A DNA stretch of 64,000 nucleotides from an uncultured delta proteobacterium. GTDB taxonomy: Bacteria; Myxococcota_A; Polyangia; Polyangiales; Polyangiaceae. This document shows positions 39,542 through 49,893 of the stretch, piece by piece. The notes beneath the pieces were generated by a model that worked only from the letters and a program-made list of their open reading frames with translations, was not told where the DNA came from and did no database searches. A program made the translations under genes and the position numbers. Position 1 is the stretch's first letter; every line of letters starts with the position of its first letter. Where the stretch lies: assembly GCA_963806225.1 (NCBI GenBank), contig CAWDXG010000004.1, positions 3,712,001 to 3,776,000 of the forward strand. Reading direction: 5' to 3'.

Positions 39542-39551
39542 GGCCGGGAAG

Positions 39552-40553
39552 CTACTCCAGACGCGGTGCCAGGCCAGCGTATTGATGACTTCCGGCCGTT
39601 TCCCACAGCTCGCCCGCGCCGCCGAGAACCCGCCACAGCTCGAGCAGCTCCTGTGGCGCGGGCGCTCCGACCCTCCAGGTCCGCTCGCCGGGACCGGTCA
39701 GCTCGACCCACGCGGCATGGAGCGCAATGCGCCCGACCTCGAGGACGCTGCCGTCGGGAAGGGCCAGCGACTGGACGCCGCCGTATAGACGATCTCCGAG
39801 CAGCGCGGCCCCGGCGTGCGCGGCGTGCACGCGGATCTGGTGGGTGCGCCCGGTCCGCGGCTCGAACGCGAGCAGCGCGGGCTCGAGCGGACGAGCGTGG
39901 CGGCCAACCGAGCGCAGCCCGGCTGCGCCTTCACCGACCACGGCGTAGCGCGTCTCGGCGGACAATCCGTCGCGGCCGCCGCCCGCCACCCGCATGCGCC
40001 CGCGCCCGGACGAGTCGATGGGCTTGTCCCAGGAGCCCTGCGGCGGGCGCGGCGCACGTTCCGCGATGCCGACGTATCGACGCCTGAGCGCCCCACGCCG
40101 CCGCGCGGATTCCACCTGGCGGAGTGCAGCAGCCGTGTACGCCAGCAGCACGACGCCGGTGACTCCGACATCCAGCCTCGAGACGGCGTGCAGGCGGGCT
40201 TCGTCGATGCCCACAATGCCCGCGACCCGCGTCCTGAGCGAGTCCAGACCGTGGTGATCGGGCTCGGTGGGCAGCTCGGCGGGTTTCAGCGCCGCCACGA
40301 GACCGTCGCGTTGTTCGAGCAACTCGACGCCCGCGGAGCCGCGGCGTGCCGGATACAGCTCGACGCGTTGCCCGGGCTCGAGGCAGAGCGCCGGGTCCAG
40401 CACACGCCTGCCTTCCACGAAGACCCGTCCCTCCGCGAGGGCGGCCTGCGCCTGTCCAAGGCGGCGGAGCACCTCGGCCAACCGGAGGCGCTCTCCCGGC
40501 TCGACCACCCAGACCCGCGCACGGTCCTCGCGCGTGCGCGGCGCGGCGCTCAT
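39552..40553 (-). CDS. RluA-family pseudouridine synthase
   Basis: KPAEL, SRLDVGVTG, TGRTHQIRVH, GDRLYG and ALHA motifs. ATG 40553 overlaps the upstream stop. Confidence 0.92.
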   Translation of the reverse strand: MSAAPRTREDRARVWVVEPGERLRLAEVLRRLGQAQAALAEGRVFVEGRRVLDPALCLEPGQRVELYPARRGSAGVELLEQRDGLVAALKPAELPTEPDHHGLDSLRTRVAGIVGIDEARLHAVSRLDVGVTGVVLLAYTAAALRQVESARRRGALRRRYVGIAERAPRPPQGSWDKPIDSSGRGRMRVAGGGRDGLSAETRYAVVGEGAAGLRSVGRHARPLEPALLAFEPRTGRTHQIRVHAAHAGAALLGDRLYGGVQSLALPDGSVLEVGRIALHAAWVELTGPGERTWRVGAPAPQELLELWRVLGGAGELWETAGSHQYAGLAPRLE

Positions 40554-43221
40554 GCGTCCAGCCGCTCCACGACGCCGCGGTCGCCGTCCACGCGAAGCCG
40601 TTCGCCGTTGCGGACCGTGGCAGCCAGCCCGCGCACACCGACGACGGCCGGCACGCCGTACTCGCGTGCAACGACGCCCCCGTGCGAGAGCGGCCCGCCC
40701 AGCTCGGCGAGGACACCGGCCGACAGCATGAACAGCGGCGAGAGTCCGACGTCGGGAGAGCGCAGCACCAGGATCTCTCCCGGCTCGAGATCCGCTGCAC
40801 CCGTACCGCGCGTTCCAACAAGGCGCGCCCGCCCGGTCACCGTCCCTGGACCGCAGCCTACGCCGTGCAGCACGCTGCTGCCCACCGGAGGCAGCGACAC
40901 CGTGGGCGGCGCGCCGACGAAGGTCTCGGGGGGATCGCCCGCAGCCGCGTCCCGTTGGTAGGCGGCCCGGCGCATCCGGATGATGGGACCCAGATCGGCA
41001 CGCGAGCGGCCGACCGCACTGAGCAGCTCGTCGAACGTGCAGAAGAACGCGGCTGCCTCGGGCAGGGCGGGATCGATGCGGCGCATGCGTCGATCCACGT
41101 CGAGCGCCACGATGCGCAGCATGTTCAGCGTCCGGGCCATTGCGACACGCATCCTCTCCCTGAGCCGGGCAAGCACCCGCCAACGTGACACGAACGCGCG
41201 AACGAGGGCCCTTTCCACGTACGGAACGCGCGCATCGACCGCGGCCATCTCGCGGTCGGCCCTCACTCTGGCGCGGGACAAGCGCTCTTCCGGATCACAC
41301 GGTGCGGCTCTGAGACCCGCAGCGACCATCGCAAACAGCGGCCGCGGATCCTGGCTCCAGCGCGGCATCATCAGCTCGCTCTCGCGCAGCCCGCGATCGC
41401 CGTACGCCTCGATGAACTGCGACAACGCGCGACGCGCTGGTCCGTCGGGCAGCCCGTCGAGGCTCCCCACGTTGCGCTCGCCGAGCAGCCGGGCCGCGTC
41501 CGGATCCCGCCGCGTGATCGCCGTGACGTGCGCCAGCGCGACGCCCGGAGCCGCGCTGTCGAGCTCGCCGACGCCGGCAGTGATCGCCTGCGCCAGGCGC
41601 TCCGCTTCGACGGGCGTGGACCGCGCTGAGCACGGTCTTCAAGCCGATGTGTGCAGCGAGCGTGGCCAGCGTGCAGCCGAGCATGAGCTCGGCCGTGCGC
41701 TCGAAGAACTGGTAGGTTTCCCTGAGCGTCGTGATCAGCGAATCGTCGGGGAGGATTGCCAGGTCCATCTCGGCAAGCCACGCCTGCTGCTGTGTGGCTT
41801 CGCGCTCGAAGCGCGAGAAGTCGTCGGCCAGCCGCGACTGCTGCGCGAACAGCCGCGCCGCGGTGACCGGCAGGCGCGCCAGGGCGGCGCGACGCCGCTT
41901 CAGCTCGAACTGACCCGCCAGCACGCCGGAGCTCCCGTCGTGGACCAGATCGAGCAACGCCGCGGGATCGATACCCGGCACGTGGGCGACGGCCGGTACG
42001 AGCGCCGAGAGGTTGAGGTAGAAGCGGCCGTGGACGCGCTGAGCAGCGTGGCGTTGCGGGGCAGCTTGCAGCCCAGCGCGCCGAACGCTTCCTCGAGTCC
42101 CTTGCGCGAGAAGGCGTCCACCAGCGACCAGGTGAGCGGGCTCGGGACACCCGACAGCGACTCGCCGAGCCCGGCGCGCGACCAGACCGTGGTCGGCGAG
42201 CCGCCCTCCGGATAGCCCAGACCGTGGCTCCGACGTATGTCGGCGATGCGGACGCCGTCGCCCTGCGACGACCACGAACTCGACGTCCCTCTGCGCGCGG
42301 CCGGCGTCGTCGAGCTGCTGGGCGACCCCGGCCAGCTGCTCGATGCTGTCCTGGGACAGCGCGGGCCGGGTCGCCTTCCGGGCCGCGACGGGTACGGCCC
42401 TGGGCCCACGCTCCCCGGCGACGAGGCGATGCTCCTTGGCGACGGTACGCCGCTCGAGCACGCGTCCGTCTGCGGCGAACCTCACCAGATCCTGGGCGGC
42501 CACGCCGTCATGGACCGGCGAGCCGAGCCCGAACGCGGCGCTCGCGACCCGCACGGCGACCAGGCGCGGCTCGGTGCCGGCCCCGGGTTGCTCGACGCGA
42601 CGCGGCCCGTGCAGCGGATCGCGGGTCAGCATGACACCGCGCGCACGCATCCGCGGCAGCGGCTGGAGGAGCACCGCCATCTTGAGCTCGCGGACCCGCT
42701 GCGCGCGCAGGTAGCGGAGCCCGTCCTCATGCACCACCGATGCCCAGATCTCGCGCACGGCGTGCTCGAGCTGCTCCGGCCCGCGGACCCCCACGCGGAT
42801 GGCAGAGAGCCCGGCGGTCGCCGCGACGCTGTCGTCTGCGAGACTCGGGCTGGCGCGCAGCGCGAGGCCCCACTCGGCCATGGGCTCGACCTCGTCCCAG
42901 AACGCGAAGAGCTCGTCGCTGAGTGAGGGCAGTGGCGCGGAAAGCAGCCGGTCGCGAGCCCGCGCCGCGCGCTCGAGCCCACGCGGGCGATGGATGACCC
43001 GAAGCAACGATGCCGGATCGTGAGCGGGAGGCAGCAGGGTCTCGACGGCCTCGTCGAACGCGTCCGACGGGCAACACCCAGCAATCCAGCAGCGGCAACT
43101 CCAACCCCGCGGCGTCGACCAGGGCCATTGCACGAGCGCCGACGAGGTCGAGCTGTGCCTCACCCTGGGCGATCTCCCCCAGGGGCACGAGGCGAGTGGA
43201 GCTCCGCCGGCTGCGCGCCAT
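40550..43221 (-). CDS. PEP-utilizing dikinase-like protein (ATP-grasp, central domain, His-swivel), split by about four frameshifts
   Basis: Fragments in successive frames: AVREIWAS..MAVLLQP..FGLGSPVHDG..RDVEF; TVWSRAGLGESLSGVPSPLTWS; YGDRGLRESEL..PRW; GGPLSHGGVVAREYGVPAVVG. Confidence 0.85.
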
Positions 43222-43307
43222 CTTCGAGCTGGGATAGCAGCTCCCCCAGCTGGACGGAAACGTCCTGACCGGCCCCGGCGTTTCGCCGTGGCCGGCGCTC
43301 CAGCGCG

Positions 43308-43664
43308 CTACCTGGCGGGGTCGCCGGGCGACGCACCGGTCGTGCGCCGCACCAGCTCGACCAGGACGGGATCGCTGCCCAGCTGCTCGCGTAGGCTCTG
43401 CTTCACGAAGTCGAGCTGCTCCGGCGGCAGCTTTCCCTGCAGGTGCTGGACGGCATCGGCGACACGCGCGTCCAGATACTGATCGAACGTGATGTCGCCG
43501 CGCTGCAGCTGGCCGAGCGGCTCGGTCCCGTGGACGCGTTCTGCACCCGCGCTCTTGTCAACGCGGAAGCTGTCGCCCTTGACAGCGCCCGGCCCTGCCG
43601 GACCTCCGACCCCGCCGGCGCCCGGCGGGAGACCGCCGGGCTTGCCAATACCGTCGATGCCCAT
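43308..43664 (-). CDS. Small hypothetical protein with Gly-rich N-terminus and helical C-terminus
   Basis: 118 aa with GC3 bias; starts 10 nt after the stop of 43674-44156. Confidence 0.8.
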   Translation of the reverse strand: MGIDGIGKPGGLPPGAGGVGGPAGPGAVKGDSFRVDKSAGAERVHGTEPLGQLQRGDITFDQYLDARVADAVQHLQGKLPPEQLDFVKQSLREQLGSDPVLVELVRRTTGASPGDPAR

Positions 43665-43673
43665 GTGCCTAGT

Positions 43674-44156
43674 CTAGCGGATGTTGGCGATGGCGTTCTT
43701 GACCGTGTCGTGACGCGCCTTCAGGACGTTCGACACGGCTGTGTAGGCGCGGTTCTCGGCGCTGATCCGCTCCTGGAGCTGTAGGTAGTACAGGTTCTGG
43801 TCGGCGCTCTGGGACAGGACCTGGTCCATGTTCGGCGCCGAGCTGCCGCCAGCCGAGGGATCGGTCGCGGTACCGGTCGGACCCTCGGCGCGGCTGGTGA
43901 TGCTGCCAAGCGTGCGGACGCCCCCGTCGACGCCGGATCCCGCAGCGCTGGAGCCCGCACCCGGGCGGAACGCTGCGGCGAGCACCGGGCCGCCCGGCAG
44001 GTGGGTCACCGCCGCCTCGGCGCCACCGACAATGGCGCGTTCGCTAGCGCTCATGACCTGCTTGAAAGGCCGCGCAGGGGCGGGCGTGACGCGAGCTGCG
44101 GTGACAGTGGACTGGACCCCGGTGGCAGGGCCACTGGGCGTGATTCGAGTGGTCAT
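43674..44156 (-). CDS. Hypothetical protein with T3SS needle/filament-like C-terminal helix
   Basis: GGAGGT RBS before ATG 44156; ends LQLQERISAENRAYTAVSNVLKARHDTVKNAIANIR. Confidence 0.75.
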   Translation of the reverse strand: MTTRITPSGPATGVQSTVTAARVTPAPARPFKQVMSASERAIVGGAEAAVTHLPGGPVLAAAFRPGAGSSAAGSGVDGGVRTLGSITSRAEGPTGTATDPSAGGSSAPNMDQVLSQSADQNLYYLQLQERISAENRAYTAVSNVLKARHDTVKNAIANIR

Positions 44157-44260
44157 GTGTACCTCCGATACGACGGAACTGAACGCCCTTCCCGTCGGAC
44201 GCTCCGCCCAGCAGTTGCGTGGAGATTTCCACAATCTACCGGCCAGGGGGCCGGCAGAGC

Positions 44261-44943
44261 CTAGAACGATCCGAATAGTCCGACGCCGTAGCCCGAACCG
44301 ATCTTGGTCGGAGCAACGCTGAAGACCACGTCATCGCGGACCAACACGTCCTTCTGGTCGGCGATGCCCCAGATCAGGAAGGCGGTGCCCGTCGTCTGCA
44401 TGATGGCGTCCAGCACCAGGAAGGTGCGGGCGACAGCCTCGGAGGCGTCACAGCCGGCGTCGTCGGGCGCGCAGCTGTGGTCGCGGATCCCGAGCGTCAA
44501 CCAGGGCCCGACGGCGGGGATCAACAGAAAGGCGCTCTTGTTGGCGTAGTTCCCACCCGCTGCGATGGCCGCCCCGAGCAAGTACGGCACGCCCAGCACG
44601 ACGGCCCCGGCGATCAGCGGGCCTTTGCGCAGCCTCGTGTCGTGATGGTAGCCGGCGGGAATCGACTTCCCTGCGTGGAAGGCGAGGTACTTCGGAGGAG
44701 GCTTGGCAGGCGCGGGCGCGGGCGCGGGGTAGCTGCCGGGCGGATACCCGGGGTATGCGCCCTGCGGCGGATAGCCGGGAGGCGGTGCCTGGGGCGCTGC
44801 AGTCTGCGCTGGGGCAGCCGCTGGCGGCTGCGCTGGCGGCGCGGGCTGCGCTGGGGCGCTTCCGGCGGAGCGGTCTGGGCGACCGCGCTCGCCGCGACAA
44901 GGGTGATAGCCGAAAAGGACCCGATGAAAGAAGCACCCCGCAT
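44261..44943 (-). CDS. Exported Pro-rich membrane protein (frameshift near 44860)
   Basis: Signal peptide MRGASFIGSFSAITLVAASAVA in one frame; the Pro-rich linker, hydrophobic segments and terminal GLFGSF are in the 44261 frame. Confidence 0.75.
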
Positions 44944-44982
44944 CGCCGCCGAGCATAGCGGGTTACGGCGGGCTACGGGAGA

Positions 44983-45982
44983 CTAGATTCCGAACCAGCC
45001 CGATGGGTCGAGCGTATCGGCGCCTTTCCGGATCTCGAAGTAGAGCGCCGGACCCTTGCCGCTATCGCCGACCGTCCCCAGGCGGGTTCCCTGGGACACG
45101 TCGTCGCCGACCTCGACGTTGATCTCTGCCAAGTTGGCGCTCACTGTGTAGTAGCCGTCGCCCTCGTCGACGATGACGGTCTTGCCGTAGTCGGCGTACA
45201 CGTCGGCAAACGCGACCCGCCCGGGATAGACGGCGCGCACCGGGGAACCGAGCGGCGCGCGCATCTCGAGACCCGGGCCGTCCGCGGCGCGTCGCGCCGC
45301 AGTATGGATCTCGGTGCGCCCCGGGACCGGGAACGGCAACCGGCCCTTCATCGACGCGAAGCCGCCCGACACGCCGGCCGGATCGCTCGGCCCGACGGCG
45401 GCGCCGTAGATGGCGGTCGGCGCACCCGGACCGCTGCTCTGGAAAGCCCGCTTGAAAGCCAGAGCGCGGTCGCGCGCTGCCAGGAGCGCGGTGCGCGCCT
45501 GCGCCATCGCGCGCTGATCCGCCTCGAGCGGGATACGGCGTTCGGCGATGGCGTCGAGACGCTTGCCGAGAGCCACGCTCCGCTCATCGAGCTTGTGCTC
45601 CAGATCGATGTCGCGAGCCAGCGCCCGGCGCAGGCGCTCGAGCCGCGAAGCGTGCTCGATGAGCGCATCGAAACCGCCTCCGATCGGCAAAAGGCCTGCT
45701 CGCGCCATGCGCACGTAGGCGCGCCCCCGCAGGATCGCGCGGCGGTGCACCATGCTGGACTTCCGCCGCACGCGCGCGAAGCTCCTTCTTTGACGCGACG
45801 CTGCTCGCGGTCGAGTCTCGCGAGCGCGCGGTCCACGCCGTCGGGCGTGCTCGGCGTGCTCGGCTGCAACACCGGCCGCAGGATCGTCCGCGGGACCCAG
45901 ACGGCGGGTCTGACGAGCCGGGCATGGCGGCGGCCGCGGTGACCGTGACCAGCGCTGCGGCGAAGAGCGTCCGGATTCTCAC
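44983..45982 (-). CDS. envC: Murein hydrolase activator EnvC (degenerate M23/LytM), frameshifted
   Basis: Coiled coil, KGRLPFPVPG, GKTVIVD and ALYFEIR, without the Zn ligands; lies downstream of ftsEX. Confidence 0.85.
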
Positions 45983-46003
45983 GTCTTTCCTGTAGGAATC
46001 AGG

Positions 46004-46877
46004 TCACACGACGAGCAACCTGCGGAGACTCGCGTAGGCGGCGGCAGCGCCCAGCGCTGCGCCGGTCAGCACCATCAGAAGCGACACGCTCCAGGGCAGG
46101 AACGTCGGCCGCATGCCGAGCAGCGTTCCGAGCTGCGCGTCGAAGTGACTCTGGACAATCGCGTACAGCACGCCGAGCAGCCCGATCGCCAACGCCGCGC
46201 CTATCGCGCCCTGCGCCGCGCCTTCCAGCACGAACGGGCGTCGCACATAGCCGTCCGTCGCCCCCACGAGCTTGAGAACCTCGACCTCGATGCGCCGGCG
46301 TTGCAGCGTGAGTCGGATGGTCGACGAGACGACGCTGATCACCGCTCCAAGCACGACGAGCGCGAGCAGCCCGGCAGCCGAGACGCCACCCGCCAGCAGC
46401 GTGCCCAGCCGATCGCTCCAGGCCTTGTAGGTCTCGACGGTGTCGACGGCCGGGAGCTTGTCGAGCTGGGCGGCGATGCGATCGATCTGGCGCGCCGGCG
46501 TGTGCTCGTCGACGCTCACCTCGAGCGACGCCGGGAACGCTTCGGCCGGCAAGGCCGCGAGCACCTTGTCGGCGTTGTCACCGGTGACCTCGCGCCGCGC
46601 CTCCTCGCTCGACACGTAGCGCACGCTCTGGACGCCATCGGTGCCGTGCAGAGCCTTCTGAATGCGTGGCAATGTGCTGCATGCGTGACGCCGGCCTGCA
46701 AGAAAGACCGATATCCGACCCGTTCGCGCCCAGCGGTCCCGCACTCCCGCGACGTTCACGACGACCAGCAACGCCGAAGCCAGGCAGACGAACGCCACCG
46801 CAACGGAGAAGATGCTGAGCAGATGCAGGCGCCAGTCATTGCGACCGCCGCGCCACGCGCGCTCGAGAGGGCGTCAC
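46004..46877 (-). CDS. ftsX: Cell division permease FtsX (N-terminal indel)
   Basis: [15 protein letters not shown] and [34 protein letters not shown]. The frame extends upstream as [18 protein letters not shown]. Confidence 0.92.
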
Positions 46878-47738
46878 GCGGCACCCCTCGAGCTCGAGAG
46901 GGCGTTCGGTGTAGCGGGGAAGCGGTTCGGCATCTCGGCGCGCTCCTAGGCGACCTGTCGCGCGATGGGCCGATCGGCGTTCATCGAGGCCACCAGGCAC
47001 ATCCGTGGCCTTGCCTTCGTCCAGCACCACCACCCGGCGAGGACGGACGTCGAGCAACGAGCGGTCGTGGGTGGCAAACAGCACCGTCACGCCGGTCTCG
47101 TGGATGTCCTCGAACAGACCAAGGATGTCGACCGCGAGCTGCGGATCGAGATTGCCGGTCGGTTCGTCGGCGAGCACCAGCGCTGGTTCGCCGACGATGG
47201 CGCGCGCGATGGCCACGCGCTGTTGCTCGCCGCCGGACAGCGTTCCGGCGCGATCCGGACTCCGCGCCCGCCGAGCCCGACGCGATCCAACGCTTCGCCG
47301 ACGCGCTGGCGGGCCAGCCGTTGCGGAACGCCGAGGACCTCGAGCGGCAGCGCGACATTCTCGAGCACCGACCAGTTGTCGACGAGCTTGAAGTCCTGGA
47401 AGACGACACCGATGTTGCGCCGCAGAAACGGCACCGAGCCGTCCGTGAGGCGCCCGATCTCGCGCCCCATGAACAGGATCCGGCCGGAATCCACCGTGTC
47501 GGCCGCATACAGGAGCCGGAGCAGCGTGCTCTTGCCCGCTCCGGAGGGTCCCGTGATGAACACGAACTCGCCCCGCTCGATCTCCAATTGGAGCCCGCGC
47601 AGGACAGGCGCGTCGGCCCGGAAGGCCTTGTGGACGTTTTCGAACACCAGAATCGGGCGGCGCGCCGCCAGGGGATCGAAGCGGTTTCCCCGCCCGGAGC
47701 ACCGGGCGGAAAGTGCGGCTCCTGGCGCCAGTATCCAT
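46874..47738 (-). CDS. ftsE: Cell division ATP-binding protein FtsE, frameshifted
   Basis: [11 protein letters not shown] and [14 protein letters not shown], then in a second frame [23 protein letters not shown] and ATHD. Confidence 0.93.
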
Positions 47739-47821
47739 GTCGCCCGGGGTAGCAGGGCGTGCCTGAGATCGAACAACTTTTCGGCCTCGGCGGGCGCCGC
47801 TACGCTGGGCCCCGCGTCACG

Positions 47822-48755
47822 ATGCGACTGGCCTTCTTCGGGCTGCCCCTGGCAGCGTGCCTACTGCTCCGGGACGGACACGACATCGCGCTGGCTACGC
47901 TCTCGCCGGTCGAGGCGCCCGGCCGGCGGCGGCTGCTCGTCGACCCGGAGCCGACCGGCTGCTGGACGCCGCTGCGCTCGGCAGGGAGCTCGAACCGGCC
48001 GTGGACGCTGCCCTCGCACGGAGCCGGCGTGGATCTGGTGGTCAGCTGGTTCTGGACGCGGCGTCTTCCGGAGCGCTGGCTCAGCGCTGGGCCGTTGGGT
48101 GCCGTCGGCGTGCACCCGTCGCTGCTACCGCGCCACCGGGGCCCGGACCCGTTCTTCTGGGCTATCGACTGCGGCGACGAGCTGACCGGCGCCTGCCTGC
48201 ACCGCCTCACGCCGGACTACGACGCCGGAGACGTGCTCCTCCGGGAAGAGCTGCCGGTCGGCAGATCGGGATGCGTGGGCGTTGGCGCGCGCGCTCGACA
48301 GACCCAGCCTGCGCTTGTTGCGCGAGGGGGTCGCCCGGCTCTCCGCGGGCGGCAAGCTGCCGGGGACGCCGCAGGACGAGCGCTTGGCCAGCTGGGCTCC
48401 GGAGCCGGCCGGCGAGCAGCTCCGGGTCCGTTGGTCGTGGCCCACCGAGCGCGTACTCCGACGTGTCCGGGCGTTGTCACCCGTGCCAGGGGTGCCGATC
48501 GAAGTCGCCGGACAGAAGCTGTTCGTGACGCGGGCGACGGCTGCCGACTCGGCGCCGACCCTGCTCCAGCCAGGCGAGGCCGCACTCCTGGGGGATCCTC
48601 CAGCCGCGCTGGTGATCCGGACCGGAGATGGCGCGCTGCAGATCGAGCAGGCACTTGCCGTCCCCGGGGAGGAGCGACTCGACAGAGCCGGCGTCGCCGC
48701 GCGCGTCGCGGAGCGGAGCATGTTAGACTGCGGGCCCCTTGGAGGGAATGGATGA
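47822..48755 (+). CDS. fmt: Methionyl-tRNA formyltransferase-like protein (frameshift near 48265)
   Basis: MRLAFFG, VHPSLLPRHRGPDP and YDAGD, continuing as TPQDERLASWAP..RRVRALSPVPG..IRTGDGAL. Confidence 0.75.
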
Positions 48756-49873
48756 CCGATCCTGTGAGTGCCGCGCGCAGCGCACGTGAGAATCTGGCCC
48801 AGGGCCTGGCTGCACTGCAGACACCTGGCGTTCCGCAGCAGTTGACCGACGTAGCCGAACCCGTTGCCGAAGCGATGAGCGCCCTGCACCGCATCGAGGC
48901 CACCCAGGGCGGCGCGCTGGCGGAAGCGGGTCCAGTGGCGCTGGCCGCCGTGCGCCGCGCTCTCGGGATGCTCCAGGCGCAGGCCGGTGGGCATCCCGCC
49001 GTGAACCAAGCGGTCGAAGCGGTCGCCGGGTCGCTGGGCCTGGTGCACCAACTCACCCAGGCCGCGCCGGCAGCCCAGCCGCAATCCCCGGCCGCCGCGC
49101 CGCCACCTGCAGCCGCGCCGCAACCCGCCGCCGCTTTCGGTGGCACCGTCGTGATGGACAACAACCCGGCCAGCGCGATGCCAGCCACCCAACCTTCCGC
49201 GCCGGGGACCTTTGGGCAGCCGCAGGCTCCCGCGCCGCCGGCGCAGCCGCAGCAGGCCTTCCCGCAGCAGCCGCAGCAGGCCTTCCCGCAGCAGCCGCAG
49301 CAGGCCTTCCCGCAGCAGCCGCAGCAGGCCTTCCCGCAGCAGCCGCAACAGGGCGGTTTCGGCGCGGCCAACCCACAAGAACCCTACGGGCAGCCGCCGG
49401 GTCAGTGGCAGCCGCCCGCCGGCAATCCCGCCCCCTGGGCCCCGCCGGCCGCGCCCGCTGCCCCGCAGGCTGCGCCGCAGGCTGCGCCCCAGGCTCCGCA
49501 GGCTGCCGTCCAATCCGCCGCACCGGCCAGCAGTGGAAACACCCTACGCGTCGAGGCGGCGCTCGGCGCACACAGCGCCACAAACTTCTACAAAGGACTG
49601 AGCGGCAACAACGTCATCGACTCGGGCGGTATCTTCGTTGCCACCTACCAGATCCCGCAGATCGGACAGGACGTGGTCATCAAGGTCTCGCTCCCGGGCG
49701 GCTACGAATTCGAGGCGCGCGGCGTCGTCCGCTGGACGCGCGACGCACCCAACTCGGGCGCGGATTCGTCGCCAGGCTTCGGCGCGCAGTTCACGCAGAT
49801 CTCGCCGGAGGGACGACAGCTCGTCTACCGCTACGTGCGCAACCGCGAGCCGCTGTTCCACGACGATCTGTAG
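48752..49873 (+). CDS. PilZ-like domain protein with helical N-terminus and Gln/Pro linker
   Basis: C-terminal SGGIFVAT..FEARGVVRW..PGFGAQF..REPLFHD, typical of myxococcal PilZ paralogs; GGAGGG RBS. Confidence 0.85.
   Translation: MTDPVSAARSARENLAQGLAALQTPGVPQQLTDVAEPVAEAMSALHRIEATQGGALAEAGPVALAAVRRALGMLQAQAGGHPAVNQAVEAVAGSLGLVHQLTQAAPAAQPQSPAAAPPPAAAPQPAAAFGGTVVMDNNPASAMPATQPSAPGTFGQPQAPAPPAQPQQAFPQQPQQAFPQQPQQAFPQQPQQAFPQQPQQGGFGAANPQEPYGQPPGQWQPPAGNPAPWAPPAAPAAPQAAPQAAPQAPQAAVQSAAPASSGNTLRVEAALGAHSATNFYKGLSGNNVIDSGGIFVATYQIPQIGQDVVIKVSLPGGYEFEARGVVRWTRDAPNSGADSSPGFGAQFTQISPEGRQLVYRYVRNREPLFHDDL
49243..49350 (+). repeat. Coding tandem repeat, 24 bp x 4 (QPQQAFPQ)
   Basis: Exact gcagccgcagcaggccttcccgca units. 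Confidence 0.9.
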
Positions 49874-49893
49874 ATCGAAACCGGGTCCAGTCG

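Noticed and set aside
3266..40087. Long antisense or alternate-frame ORFs (e.g. 3266..5134, 12057..14576, the 5' part of 32462..35311, 37667..40087)
   Set aside because: These are shadow ORFs expected at very high GC. They overlap motif-bearing genes and give Arg/Ala/Pro-rich translations without motifs.
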